Shown: positions 1 to 14,023, numbered from the stretch's first letter. The stretch is DNA of 64,000 nucleotides from Eledone cirrhosa (GCA_964016885.1 OZ024746.1:40734001-40798000); one strand, 5' to 3'. Numbers and translations: made by a program. Notes: generated by a model from the sequence alone, not told the origin.

Positions 1-479
1 CTCTCTCTCTCTTACTCTTTATCCTTCTTTATAAGAAACCTGCTGTGTTCAGACCTGGAGAAGATATGGGCTCCTCCAAGTTTAAAAATACCCTATAAAC
101 GCCATAGAGTTATGGGGCCATACATACATATAATGATAGAATGGTATAGAGTAATGGTAGACTTATCTATTGAAGCAGAGCAAACGTGTTTAAATAACTT
201 AATATAGTATATATATACACTTGATGTAGTCGTCGGCATGCCCTGGACATTTTACACCTGGCAGAGAACATCCTCTCTCCAAGTCCGAACTCATAGAAGG
301 ATAGAGAGAAAGGTTTTATGAACTTATTAGTGATTAATCAGGCCAATCGTAGCGTAGAAAGACATGCATGCATGTATGTATGTCCACAGACCTCAAAAAT
401 GGCACCATTAAGGTCAAAAGATGGAAATGTCCTCATCCAGCAGATATTATGAGTTGGTGGACTGAACACTTTAAATATA

Positions 480-1060
480 TGTTTGACAACCCTTCTGTAG
501 TTTATGAGGAAATTATTTATGGACTGCTGCAAAGGGAGACTAACAGAGATGATGAATGCTCCAACTTTTAATGAGATAAGGTTTACTATCAAAGAGATAA
601 ACATGGAGAAAGCCCCAGGTTTGGATGGAATTCCTGTTGGACTAATTCGCTTTGGAGGAGACAAAGGTGAGCCTGTCTCGCAAGTCTGGGTAGATGCAAT
701 TTTGCTCTCGATTTACAAGGGCTTCAAGTTGGAATGTGGTAGGGAAAGTCTTATCCAAGTTTTTTTAATGGATCTGCCCTGGTGCCATCCCTGAGACACA
801 GTGTGGACTCAGAGCTGGTCGGTGTGCTATGGACATGATCTTCTCAGCCCATCAGCTTATGGAGAAGTGTGTTGAGCAGCAACTGCCACTTTACCAAGTG
901 TTTGCGGACCTTACCACAACCTTTGATTCTGTTAATCGTAGTGCATTGTGGAAACTCGGATGCCCTCATGAGTTTATTGGAATATTCAGAAAACTCCATC
1001 AAAATATGAAAGCAATGGGACACTTTCAGAGCCAAACGGTTATAAACAAGGCGTCACACC
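480..1060 (+). mobile_element. Degenerate non-LTR retrotransposon RT fragment, RTE-clade-like
   Basis: ORFs 504-794 (PTFNEIRFTIKEINMEKAPGLDGIP) and 829-1080 (DMIFSAHQLMEKCVEQQLPLYQVFADLTTTFDSVNRSALW..LGCP..F) match the KAPGxDGIP and FxDxxKAFDSV regions of RTE-type RTs; broken by frameshifts and deletions. Confidence 0.8.
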
Positions 1061-1184
1061 AGTCGGTTATTGTTGTTTAATCCAAAGTTATGCCTAATCA
1101 AGTAGATCCATGATCAAAAGCATTCAAACCACCTAGGACCCATTATCTAATGTGCCCTTCCCTAATATAAAAAGACGATAAAAA

Positions 1185-1497
1185 AAAACAGAAGGAAAAG
1201 CAGGGGAAGGATGAGGGTGATGGGGAAGGAAGAGAAAGAAGGAAATGGGTGGTGGAAAGGAAGAGAAAGAGAAAGAAAAGGGCGAGGGAAAGGAAGAGAA
1301 AGCAGGGAGAGGGAGATAAAAAGAAAAAGGGTGAGGGAGGGAGAGGGAGAGAAAGAGCGCGGGAAAGGAAGAGAAAGAGAAGGGAGATGGAAAGGAAGAG
1401 CGCGGGAAAGGGAAAGCGCGGGAAAGGGAAAGCGCGGGAAAGGAAGAGGAAGAGAAGGGCAAGGAAAAGGAAGCGAAAGAAGATGAAGGAAAGAAAT
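1185..1497. repeat. Purine-rich (GGAAA/GAGA) low-complexity tract in the intron next to the GTPase exon
   Basis: Almost pure A/G with recurrent agcgcgggaaagg units; accounts for the spurious ORFs at 1133-1545. Confidence 0.85.
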
Positions 1498-1515
1498 CGG
1501 GGCCGTTTGTCCTAC

Positions 1516-1716
1516 CTTAATGTCGGTTCCACCCATCGGAAATAATCTAGAACATTGGTCCAAACCAACCGTAGACATACGGTTGTCCATATTCTCCTCG
1601 ATCGAATCGTCTCGAAATCTTCGAAAAATCGAACTTTTCCCAACACCATATTCCCCACAAAGAATGATTTTATAGTGAGGCGGTCCGGTTGCCATAGTTA
1701 CTGGAGGTAGTTGGAA
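1516..1716 (-). CDS. Coding exon of a Rab-like small GTPase (G1 and G2 motifs); rest of the gene lies outside the window or was not recognised
   Basis: MATGPPHYKIILCGEYGVGKSSIFRRF...STVGLD...DIK has a P-loop GxxxxGKS and a TxGxD effector motif. Donor AAG|GTAGGA at 1516/1515 is phase 0, where LQxWDTAG should follow. Polypyrimidine acceptor ttttag| ends at 1717. ATG at 1695. Confidence 0.85.
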
Positions 1717-2176
1717 CTAAAAGAAAAGAAAAAAAAAGAAAATGAAATAAAATGAAATAAAATGAAATGAAAGAAATTGTTTAAAATGTTAATTTAGCCA
1801 GTATTGTAATTAATCACAACACATCAGTTGTGACTAAAATTCTCATTGATCTTCTAATTATTTGTAGTTATTTATTTATTTTTTTTTTTTACTATTTGGT
1901 TGAAAGATATTATGTATTGTGAAGCGAGGTAGAGGACCGTAACATCTGACAGGAAGAATGGATTTTCATAAACAGAATATTGTTTAAATTCCTTAAATAT
2001 TCTCTCTGTGCCTCACTCAATCACTCATACACACACACACACACGCGTGTGTATATATATATATATATAAGATATTTACATATATATATATATATATAAT
2101 ATATATGGGATGTACTCAACCCCAGTTTAGGTATCGCGTTGAAACGGAATTGGTCCGCTGTTTGGGTTTTTACTAA

Positions 2177-2211
<35 letters not shown>

Positions 2212-2213
<2 letters not shown>

Positions 2214-2453
2214 GTTGTTCCTCGGTATTCGCGGGGATTACGTTTCTACAGCATCCGCGAAGAGTGAAAAACCGTGAATATTGTACGTGGACCATAAAAA
2301 TGCCTATAAACGTCAAAATATACGGAAGATATTTACGATTCCGCAAATATGCGGTGGTTTCCACGAACAATTATTAGTTAGGTTCTAAGGAAAACCCCGC
2401 GAATAACTAGGACCACGAATGCCGGGGTGGGGGGGGTGGGGGGGGTTACACTG
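2212..2453. mobile_element. Tc1/mariner (pogo/Tigger-like) MITE; longer relative at 19166-19564
   Basis: Imperfect terminal inverted repeats (cagt..cc.cggtattcgcgg / ccacgaatgccgggg...actg), set in TA/CA repeats; internal sequence shared with the 19166 copy. Confidence 0.6.
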
Positions 2454-2610
2454 TATATATATATATTTCTTTTTTAAAGATATTAATGCGAGATTTGAGG
2501 TAGATTTCGGTTGCTATTTCTAGCAGGTCGATTGACGACATAGATGCTTCTTAATTGGTTCATGACTAAACATGTTTAAAATTGACCAATATGAGGGTCA
2601 TTATTTCATT

Positions 2611-2791
2611 GGTGGATTGGCAGTATCGGTAGAGGGTCGGACGCCATGCTTTCCAGCATAGTTACGTCCCTTTACGATCTGAGTTCAAATTCCGCCGAGG
2701 TTGACTTTGCCTTTCATCCTTAAGGGGTCGATAAAATAAAGTACCAGTAATGCACTGGGTAATTGCTGGCCTTGTGCCTAAAGTAGAAACA
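2611..2791 (+). mobile_element. Full-length tRNA-derived SINE (dominant family in the window) with 11-bp TSD
   Basis: A-box-like tggcagtatcggtag, B-box gagttcaaatt, conserved core gcctttcatcct..ggggtcgataaaataaagtacc, tail gcctaaagtagaaaca; attatttcatt duplicated at 2600-2610 and 2792-2802. Confidence 0.85.
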
Positions 2792-4079
2792 ATTATTTCA
2801 TTGCAGATGGCAGAAACAACAGTCACCAATATGGCATAGGACACGCACACATTTCTAGTTCTCGAGTGAGCTGTTCCATTGATCGTATCAACTAAGTCAT
2901 TCGTCGTCGGAACCGACAGTGTTCCAAATAACATACACACGTGTGTGTGTGTGTGTGTTGCAAATTATACTTATACTAAATGTCAAATGTATGCAAAGCT
3001 GAAGAGTACAACTCAACATCATCAACTGAGGCATGATATCTACACAATTTTAAACCCTCATAACTTAATCTTTGGTGAATTTACGTCAAATAAATGTTAA
3101 AATAAGAGCAGTAAACTTTTCAGTTCAATTTTTCTGAATCAAGGGATAGAAAAAGAAAAATAGGGCAAAATCATATATTCGTCTAACCCAAATAGTTCTT
3201 AGTTTGACAACATCTTCCCTACACACATATAATATAAACATACCTGGATATACATTATTGACATTTTTTCACTATAGTTTTCTAGACAACCTTCGTATTA
3301 TGAACTGATTTCCACCTGTTTTTACGCTAACACATTCCAAACAATCTTCTATTGTTAGTCTGGGATTGGTGACACAGTTTTATTTCAAGAAACATTTGCA
3401 GTTACACAGGTTTCTTCATATTATTATTATTATTATTATTATTATTACTAATATTAATCAGTGTAAAGAAATCTTCATGCTTTATTTATTAAGTGTATGG
3501 GAAGACAATCTCAAGTTCAGTGAAGGTTACCAACTTTATTGATAAATGTGTTGTATATTGAGAAATTTTACCTGTACTATATATGAATTGTATGAAACCA
3601 AATTCAGCTAATTCAAATATATTGACACTAAAATCTATTTTCTAGTCACGATGGTCATTGAACGTAGTGGTTATAATATTGAGTGAACAGCAACGTGGTA
3701 GTAACATTATAGAAATATTTTTCTATCATCAGTCCCAATTGAAACTTACACACAGATGTTAAATAAAGTGAACTAATATTAATTATCGGCTTGAATGCAA
3801 ATTAAGAATAACATTTTAAGAATCTTGCCTTATTTATATGCTTATTATCTGTATACATAGTAGATTTAGTTGTTGCACAAGGGCAGCCTTGATCAAGCAA
3901 AGCTATGACCCATCGGTGACTTTCCTTTCATGTTTTCCCTCACAGACACCATACATTTTGGACTACATTATCCAACATGCCCTTCCTTTTTAAAACAGTA
4001 GGGTGTGATTTGAGAGAGATTATAGTTGCTATTTCTAGTTGGTCGAAAAACTGTTGCCACGTAGTAGATTATATTATTA

Positions 4080-4290
4080 GTGGTCGTGGCAGAGCGGTGG
4101 ATTGTCAAAACCATTATCGAGCCGGTATTCATTCCAATTGTACGTTCTGATTTCCAATCCCCACGAAGTCAACTTTGCCTTTCATCCTTCTGAGGTCGAT
4201 AAAATAAAGTACCACTCAAGTACTGAGGTCGATTACATCAAATTACCTTGCCGCTTAAAATTTCTGGTGACGTGCCAATATTAGAAAAAA
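4080..4290 (+). mobile_element. Diverged SINE copy
   Basis: Core aactttgcctttcatccttctgaggtcgataaaataaagtacc plus head and tail similarity. Confidence 0.7.
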
Positions 4291-5319
4291 ATTATACAAT
4301 GGTCACGCTGCTTACGACGATTAGTCGTATCTTGTCATGGTTTCGAAAATATTATCTAGATGATTTGGGGAAGCAAGATTGAAAGGTCATTGCATTACTA
4401 TGACTGTTCAAGAAGGGTAATGACGTCACCAGTGAGTAAAACTGTGACATCTATGATAAAAGAAATGATACTTAAAAAGTTATTTTCATTACAGGAAGCT
4501 GATGTGAGAATTGTGTGCCACTTAAAAAAATGAAAATTAATGGTTAACGGAACGACATTTGTCAATAAATTTAGCATTATGAAGTGTTTAAACTTCTCCA
4601 TTGTCTTCAAAGAATATGAGTTTATAAACGTATTCTCTTTTATTTTGTTCATTGAAGACATTGAAAAAGAATTGTTATACAAGTGATAATTATTTCTAAT
4701 TCTAACTTATGCAATGGCTAATTGACAGCATCAAAGTCAGTCGTTCAAAAATATGATCAAATTGAATCTTAAATTATGAAAAATGTTTTTTTTTTTTAAA
4801 GAAAGTTTCCGCAGCTTTAAAATTAACCAAAGAAATTTACAGTTCGATTAGAAAACAAAATAAAACAAAACATCTCAATCTTCTGTCTTTTGAACCAAAA
4901 TAAAATCACCAACTGACATTATTCTAATAATAAGATAGCAGCTAGGAAAAGCTGACAGCTAACAAAAACAAATATAAAGAACATGAAGAATATCAGATAA
5001 GAAATTTGGTAGCAAGCTGTCAGTTGGAGTAAATTATCACATGTTATGTTGGCTTTTATGATTTGACAAAAGAAATCATAAATGGTGTCATATTTTGATG
5101 TTCTTTAAAACAGAGACACCAACAAAGTGATTACAAAAGAATCAAGTCAGTAGCATATCATATATTCTTGTATGTACGGTTCCGTAACTCCTGGTGAAGT
5201 CTTATGGGCGTCGTCGTGATTTACAGCGTGTTTTGAGCGCTTTGAACCTGGCAACATCATCCAAAGGGGAGGTTGATAGATGGGAAGTTAGAAAGCGGTA
5301 TAGAGACACCCCCCTCCCC

Positions 5320-5460
5320 AGTACTGGTATTTTATCGACCTCGAAAGAATGAAAATCAAAGTTGACCTCGATGGGATTTGAACTCGGAGAATGTAGAGAA
5401 CTGGATTGAATACCGCAAAACATTTCACCAGACTTTTTGGCGACTCTGTTAATTGGTCGC
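5320..5460 (-). mobile_element. Diverged SINE copy
   Basis: Reverse complement of the core and B-box (ttttatcgacctcgaaagaatgaaa...gggatttgaactc). Confidence 0.7.
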
Positions 5461-5817
5461 CTGAGTACATAGAATACCATTATACAATGATTGATGGACT
5501 GACTTACTTATTAACAGGTAAGTCTGTCCTAGCAAATATTGTATAATTTAAGTTACTTTGAATTCGATAGGGTTCAACTTCGAGGCAGTAAAGCACTCAA
5601 CGACGAGGAATAACCAGCTAAGGACTTTCTACACCTACGAGAAATAGCAGTAAAATCTCCCTAAAAATAACAATATACTGTCTTCACGTGAGATAACGTG
5701 GTCTTAAGTTCACCGTGGCAAGGAAAAAGATGTGATCGTCACGACTGGAATGCTATTGATCGTTGGTCGACCGATTTGGGGCTAAACAACAACTCAGCAA
5801 CTTATTAATCTTTAGTC

Positions 5818-5959
5818 CAGTGGTTCCCAAAGTGGGTTCCGTGAAAAAAGGTAGAGGAGTATATTTATATTACGACCATAACAGTATTAGACTTTGGGGT
5901 TTCCCAAAAGTTTCTGAACCAAGAAGGGTTCCGCGTTTCAAAAAGTTTGCTAAACCCTG
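5818..5959. mobile_element. hAT-type MITE
   Basis: Ends cagtggttcccaaa / tttgctaaaccctg; near-identical 8-bp flanks ctttagtc (5810-5817) and ctctagtc (5960-5967). Confidence 0.7.
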
Positions 5960-6809
5960 CTCTAGTCAGTAAAAATAAAGACGAGGTGGTGTATGACGAT
6001 TAGTGTATTGCAAGACCAGTGACTCTTTAGTCAGTTTGGTAGTCTCTCAGATCTTATTTGGTCCTATGATAGCCATACTAAATAAATATTTAAACGCGAC
6101 TTCGGTATTGAGTACCTTTTCTCACGTTCGTCAATAATACACGGATATATAATTATATGAGAGGGGGGGGGAGAAGAAATCCCAAATAGCTGGAAATAAT
6201 TCGGTTTAAAATAAAAAGTTTCTCTCTCGGTACGTAAATGTCAAAATGAACAGTTAATCAGAATACCATACGTACATACCTACCTACATACATACCTACC
6301 TACATACATACGATCGATGGTTACCAGAGTCAAACAGAGGATCAACAATATTTTACAGTAACGAATCGTTGGAATGTTTTCCATTTCTCAAACCCATGCT
6401 ATCCCAAGTATCGATAAAGCAGACTATATAAATCTTATGATTTGTTGTTGGATGGTGGTGGGGATATAGATTATATTAAACCAAATCAATCATTCTACTT
6501 TATTCTTAGTTATTTCGGTCGAAGAAAATATCACTTGTGTCTACTGAGTGGAAGATGTGGTTTAAAATTAGCTTCATTAGAAATATGTAGAAAATCATAG
6601 CCCGCACAATTCTACAAGGTACAACTCTCTCTTCTCTATCACACACATTATATATATATACATATATACATACATATATATATACACATACACACAAACA
6701 CTGGAATGAATAGTAATCAACCTTAATCCACTGAAACTGTAGTGATTTCAAGAGGTGGTGGGTCTGTCAGTGTTTCCGTTGTTCTTTCCTTTGCCTTTGT
6801 CCTGTGCGC

Positions 6810-6825
6810 GCACACACACACACAC

Positions 6826-6879
<54 letters not shown>

Positions 6880-7100
6880 AACACACACACACATATATAT
6901 ATATATAAACACACACACACATATATATATATATAAACACACACACACATATATATATATATAAACACACACACATATATATATATATAAACACACACAC
7001 ACATATATATATATATAAACACACACACATACATATATATATATATAAACACACACACATACATATATATATACACACACACACACATACATATATATAT

Positions 7101-7131
<31 letters not shown>

Positions 7132-7571
7132 CATACACATATATATATATACATACACACACATATATATACATACACACACATACATATATATACATAC
7201 ACACACACATACATATATACACACACACATACATATATACACACACACACACATATATACACACACACATACATATATACACACACACATACATATATAC
7301 ACACACACATATATATATACACACACACATACATATATACACACACACATACATATATATATACACACACATACATATATATATACACACACACATACAT
7401 ATATATACACACACACACATGCATATATATACACACACACACATGCATATATATACACACACACACACATGCATATATATACACACACACACACATGCAT
7501 ATATATACACACACACACACATGCATATATATACACACACACACACACATGCATATATATACACACACACA

Positions 7572-7628
<57 letters not shown>
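6810..7628. repeat. Compound (CA)n/(TA)n/(GA)n microsatellite with higher-order units
   Basis: Directly visible; source of the YIYI/VCVC ORFs. Confidence 0.95.
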
Positions 7629-7903
7629 GCAGAAAACTGGAGCCGTTAGAACGTCGAATAGAATACTTTGCGGTATTCGTTTCGGCCCCTTGTTCTCTGT
7701 GTTCAAATCCTGCTGAAATCATCTTTGCCTTTCATTCATTTGAAGTCGATAAAAAAAAGTAGCAGTCTAGAACTGTGGTCGTTTCTTCCTCTATATCCCT
7801 TTTCACTCCCATTATCTCAATCTCTATTCTTCTGTGGAAGAAAATGCTATATGTCAAAACAGTGCCTTTACGACTCCCTCGGGAGTTACGAGACCCCGCC
7901 TCC

Positions 7904-7935
<32 letters not shown>

Positions 7936-8247
7936 GGGTATTTTCCCGATCGGTGTCAGAAGGTGATCACAGTTAAAAAAGATACAATACGTTGGTAAAG
8001 TTTATGCATCGTTATTTGATATAGAAATGACTTGTACACACGCTCGCGCTTGCTTCTATGACTTCCATTTTCACGAAGGATTATTAACGCAACAAACTAA
8101 AACTTATGTGTCTGCAAGCCGGAAATTGAACCTTTCCTTTCTCCAAAGCATTTATACAGCTGTGGAAAAACCTTGTTTCGATATGCTGGGATGTGTTTTA
8201 ACAAGAACAGTGTAAAAAACGCCATTACGCATGGGATGAGAGAGAGA

Positions 8248-8290
<43 letters not shown>

Positions 8291-10984
8291 CAGTGGCGTC
8301 TTCCGACCTGGAGCTCAACACGAGTACCTCAACCTTTAGGTCTATTTCAAACCAACAAGAAAACAACAATTAATACTTTTAACACATGTTCAAACATAAA
8401 GCCGCGACTCGAGTTGATAATTTTCCGTCTGAACTATCAAGAATAATATTCGATATCACAAATTGTTTTGATTTACTACTTTCAAGGAATATAACTTCAC
8501 ACCATAAAACGTTGGCTTAATAAATGTTGCTGTTCAGAATGCTGTTTATATGAAGAAAATCTAATAAAGTAAGTCAGGGTGATATAATTTTGGTAACGTC
8601 CACTTTGAGAACCTCTAGTTTTAAATCCATCAATAAAATTTGTTACCTCATAAACTATTTTTTTGTTTTTTTTTGTCCGCTATATTTGAAACTGTTAGAC
8701 TAATTCGAGCAACCATGGTTACATACGAAAGGTACTTCTGAATTTGGGGCCAAATTCGATCATTCTTTATAATGAAGAATGACTCGAAGAGGGTTATCTT
8801 CGCTGGCACGTATTTTCAGAATAACACTCGGTTATTGAATTAGTAAGACTAATATTTAAAAAAAAAACAAAGGGAAAAAACTAAGGGATAAATATCACTT
8901 TTCATCCCGTATATAAATCGGCGCATAACGAAATACACAGTAGTTAATTTCTAGGCGTGAATTACTGGAATAGTGAATGAGTTTCATGAATATCATTATC
9001 TATGACGCCAGAGTTTACAATGAGCCACGATCTAGGTAAGTGATTCTCAGCTGTGTTTGCTCAGGCGTCTCCTTTTGATCTGGTAAAATTCTCAACGCCT
9101 TCAACACCCTCCACACATTATACTACACTTAGAATTTGCGATGTGGTTCACAATACTGTTCACAATTTCCTTTCAGTAAACAATAATGATCGATATTTAC
9201 CAATCTATATTATAAAAGAGAAGCTGTTTCTCCCACTGTCAGTCTGTCACAACATATATGTAGGAGGAGAAAAGGGGAGGAGTGAAAATTTGTTAAGAGA
9301 GAAACAGCGAGAGAAAGATCAACTTTGCCTTTCACCCTTTCGAGGTTGATAAAAAAAAAGTACCAATTCATCCCCTGTATCTCTCTCTCTCTTCTTTGTC
9401 TTTGAATGAAATTAGCCGAGTTCCGACCTGAAAAGATGGGCTCCGCTACATTTAAAGATCCCAAGATGCCGTATATCACGACGGTGCCCCTATCACTCCA
9501 TCAAGAGTTACGAGCCCACACATACATACATCTTTGACCCAGAACTGAACGTTGCTAACTAAATTTAATATTGCACAAATCCCAAACTTCGATTATCAAT
9601 CAATCATTATTTCTTCGAACCTAGAGGGCAGTGTATTGACAATATAGTTAGAGCGTCGAACAAAATGCTTTGTAGCATTTAGTTCCGACCCTTTACATTC
9701 TGAGTTCAAATCCCATCGAGGTCAAAATTGCATTTCATCCTTCCGGGATAGATTTAACAGACCTCCCTTCCCTCATAAAAATGTGTGGCCTTGTGTCTAT
9801 ATTATAAACAATTATCTCTTCTAATCCAGTAAACATTTAGTCTTCAGTATTGTATTTACGAAAAGGCATTTTTCTATCTCACCGTCTATAGCAATCTTCG
9901 AGCCTAGTTAAAATTAAGTATTCCATTCTATTCTGCCAACGGAATATATGGTTAACAAAATAAGCTGTACTGACAAAATATATAGATATACTTTTCTGAG
10001 TACTCTTCCATCATGTCTTTATGTAACACCGCCCGCTAACGTTCCCGCTGATATTCACTCACCCAAGTTTTCAATAACGCCCCGGAGCCGTTGCTACCCC
10101 CTTTTGGAAACATTAATCTAGAAAAAAAAGGAACATAAAATTTGACGACGCACCCGAAATCCACATTTTTCGTGTGAAAATTTTATATAAGGAATTTCTG
10201 CCATACGGTTAAGCTCTTGCCGTTTCGGTAAAACATTTTTGGTATCTACCTACACTCTACTTTTCTTAAGTATAGAGTACTAAGTAACATCTTACATATC
10301 TCTCTCAATATATATATATATAATTTAATATAGAAATGGCTTCTACAGGACTAGAACTGTTTCATTGTATTGAGTATCTTACTGTGGTTACCCTTGATTG
10401 AACCCGAGACTCATATATATATATAATAACAATAATGATTTTTTTTTCATTGGACAGTGTATGCAAGATAGACTGTATTTTTCAAATATTGTACATTACT
10501 GCTACTCAGTTCACGATGGGTGACTGGTGGCAATATAGACATAACAGGCAAACAGCTGATCTCACTTATGTTTAACCACTTTACTATACCAGTCGATGAG
10601 ACGCCTGACCTAGATATATGGAAGGGGGGCAATGGAAGAAATTCTATTTTTAAAAAGCAACAAACAAAACAAAAAAAAACATCTAACGTAAGGAAGTCTT
10701 CCCATTTATTCGCTCCCGCCTTTGATCTTGACTCAGATGACACTATTTTTCAGAAGTGTGTTTATTCATTCGTCAAGGAGGAATTACTACCACAGCAAAC
10801 CTTCCAGGAAAATACTGAAATCTCAATTAACAATAATGAGCACAAGTTGCCAATTCCGGTCCTGTATTATACTAAGTTATGAGTACACGTTAGTTCATGC
10901 TGGCATAATTAAGGAGACTGAATAGTTCGTTAGTGGGGAGAATGACAAACAACAAGATAGAGAGACATATAGAAAGAGAAAGAT

Positions 10985-11160
10985 ACAAAGAAAGAGGGAG
11001 AGACATAAAGAGATAGATAGAAACAAAGAGAGGGAGAGACATAAAGAGATAGATAGAAACAAAGAGAGGGAGAGACATAAAGAGATAGATAGAAACAAAG
11101 AGAGGGAGAGACATAAAGAGATAGATAGAAACAAAGAGAGGGAGAGACATAAAGGGACAG
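10985..11160. repeat. 36-bp minisatellite, about 4.5 copies
   Basis: Unit agagggagagacataaagagatagatagaaacaaag. Confidence 0.9.
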
Positions 11161-11720
11161 ATAGATATAGAATGAAAACATCAACTATTTATAAACCATA
11201 ATAAATAAAGGCAACCCGAACACAGCGTTTATGAAAAACACATGGTTGCATCCATTTACCAATACATTTTGACATCGTACCCAGAACTACTAAAGTGTCA
11301 AGAAATCGGAACAAAGAACTATTTGAATGATGGTTTCTTATAATGGCACAAGGCCATCAATTTTGGGGGGAGGGGAAAGACGGTAACGGGCCGTAACTGT
11401 GCCACAGAGCATATTATCCAACACTCTGCCAATCCACCAATAATGATAATGATGACAATTCGTTTCTAAACGTCTTGGACGTTCATCAATAATGTAACAA
11501 TGGCGAGACAAGAACTAAGTATAATCTCTACTGGTGTTGCTGGCTGAAGAATGAGGAAACCAAGCGAAAAATAATGACTTTAGTGGCGACACGGTTAATA
11601 GTAAGTACGTATAGCTGTAGCTTCCAACGCCAGTCTGAAGCAGCATTATTGGTGGATTCAACCATTAGACCGCGGTCGTGTTGGAGCACAACCTTTATTA
11701 AGTCGATCACACCAGCTTTA

Positions 11721-11771
<51 letters not shown>

Positions 11772-11775
<4 letters not shown>

Positions 11776-11935
11776 GACGGGTTTCTGCTGTTTTCACCTA
11801 CCAAATTCTACTCAGAAATCATTGGTCAAACTGACACTATAGTGGAAGGCATTGCCCAAGGTACCACGCAGTGGGACTGAACCCTGAACAACATGGTTGG
11901 AAAGCAAACTCCTTAACGACGCAGTCATTCGTGCG
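11772..11935 (-). mobile_element. Second tRNA-derived SINE family; further copies at about 21320-21470 (+), 23175-23260 (-) and 24283-24430 (+)
   Basis: Head of the type ggctgtgtggttaagaa..gcttcgcaac..ggttcaatccc and shared body ending gtagaagcccgtcg. Confidence 0.65.
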
Positions 11936-13457
11936 GCTACTGATTGGTTAAGATCTTATTGGATTCTTTTGTTTCAGTTATGTTGAGACACTACCTTGAA
12001 AATCTTTTAGTCGATCATATCAACACCAATGCTTTCTCATCAAGTCCGGTATTTCTTTTACCGATCTGTTTTTTGTCGAACCCCTAAGTTACAGGACATA
12101 AACATACGACCAGCCCCCACAGTTTCCGCACACCAAATTTCACTTACAAAGCATTGGTCAACTCGAGACTAGAGTAGAATGTGTTTGCTCGTGGGGCCAC
12201 GCAGTGAGTTAAAGTTAAAGTCTGTTCTAAACCGAAGGCTCAACAAACCGGTGCTTATTCCTGGTTTCCTTGGCGTTAAGCGACTGAGAGTACAACTATC
12301 TCAGAATTAACTTCCCAGCTACTGCTGGTACTCACTCTCAGCTGAGTGTACAGGAGCAAAGTAAAATAAAGTGTTTTGCTCAAGAACACAACACAGCTCA
12401 GCAGCCTGTCCAGGGTTTGAACCGATGATGTTACGATTGTACAGCAAGCATCCTAAAACTGAACTGAAAATCTAGTGGTTGCGAAGCGAACACCTTAAAC
12501 ATACAGCTATATCTGCGTTTGATAAATAATTGAAGTTGAATTTTAGCTAGCTCGAAAAGTTCGGCCGGACTGAGGTCACAGAGGTTATTAACAAAAGGAA
12601 GTCAACCAATAAGGCGGATGCAGATTAACATTCCTGTTGCTGAAATATTATTTGAACCAACATTGTTTGAGTCTTTAAGTCTTTAAGAAGTAGATGTCTA
12701 ATCCACTGACTGGCACACCATTATTTATTCATGTGTCAGGACGGTAGGTTGGCAGTATCGCGAGAGCATTGAAGAAAATACTTTGCTGTATTTAGTCATG
12801 ATCCTTTACGTTCTGATTTCAACTTTACTTTTCATCCTTCTGGGGTGAATAAGATAAAGTATCAGTCAAATAATTGGGTCGATATAATCGACTTTCCCTT
12901 TCCCAAAATTTACCAGGGTGTGTGTAGGGTGGCGTATTGGCAGAATCGTTAGAGCTGTTAACGGCTACTCACATGAGTGAGCCCCGCGAGTTGAAGTAGC
13001 TATTCCAGTAGTCTCCCTCGCCATCCTCTGGGGCAACATCTTCTCCATTCTGTCCGCTAGGACCACGAGGCGGACTAACCATCAAACAGTGAGATGTTAA
13101 GCATGTTTAAAAAAAGATTTATGCTATATGATACATAAACAGAACTGGCAAGTTGCCAACAAAAGTTGATGTGAGTGATGTTGAGTTACAGAAAATTTGA
13201 AGGCTATGGAGATTTTTCCGATGGCTGGATCTGAGATTATTTTTCCAACTGAAAATTTTGAAGCTTTATCATTAAGATAACTGTTGATACCGATCCTCTG
13301 TTTCAATAAGACATTACGGTGTATTTATAATAAATAAAACACTGCAGACCTCATAGAAAGCCAATGACATTTTCTTCCTCACAAGTCGACGAACTAATCA
13401 TAGAGGAAGGGCAAGTTCAATCCCATTTCTAAGTCAACTCTGATCACTTATTATTAT

Positions 13458-14023
13458 GTGGATTGGCAGTATCGGTAGAGAGTCGGACGCCATGCTTTGA
13501 CGCATAGAGTTACGGCCCTTGCCATTCTGAGTTCAAATCCCGCCGAGGTTAACTTTATTTTATCGACCCCGTAAGGATGAAAGGCAAAGTACCAGTAATG
13601 CACTGGGTAATTGCTGTACTTGTGCCAAAAAGTAGAAAATTATTTAAAGTACCGGTGGATTGGCAGTATCGGTAGCGGGTCGAACGCCATGCTTTGACTC
13701 ATAGAGTTACGACCCTTGCCATTCTGAGTTCAAATCCCGCCAAGGTTAACTTTGCCTTTCATCCTTACGGGGTCGATAAAATAAAGTACCAGTAATGCAC
13801 TGGATAATTGCTGGCCTTGTCCCCAAAGTAGAAACAATTATTTTTATCTGTGGGCGGTGGATTGGCAGTATCGGTAGAGGGTCGGACGCCATGCTTTGCA
13901 TCATAGAGTTATGTCCCTTTACGATCTGAACTTTGCCTTTCATCCTTACGGGGTCGATAAAATAAAGTACCAGTAATGCACTAGGATGATTGATGGCCTT
14001 GTGCCAAAAGTAGAAACAATTAT
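13458..14023 (+). mobile_element. Three head-to-tail copies of the dominant SINE
   Basis: gtggattggcagtatcggtag starts at about 13458, 13656 and 13857, each copy ending aaagtagaaa. Confidence 0.85.

Noticed and set aside
1162-1515. C-terminal part of the 177-aa GTPase ORF
   Set aside because: Read-through past the GT donor at 1515 into a low-complexity intron.
2611-2700. tRNA genes
   Set aside because: The A/B-box sequences are SINE heads without a full cloverleaf and continue into the SINE core.
6723-7722. Long ORFs rich in YI/VC/HT (also at 43522-43988, 51584-52361, 61020-61651 and 62236-63249)
   Set aside because: Translations of dinucleotide microsatellites, which lack stop codons.
10520-10882. 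120-aa ORF in non-repetitive-looking sequence
   Set aside because: GTG start, an internal A-rich run and no recognisable motif or convincing splice sites; cannot be supported without a search.
13090-13440. Possible hAT transposase remnant (CYMIHKQ resembling CxxH)
   Set aside because: A single weak motif among many stops; insufficient evidence.
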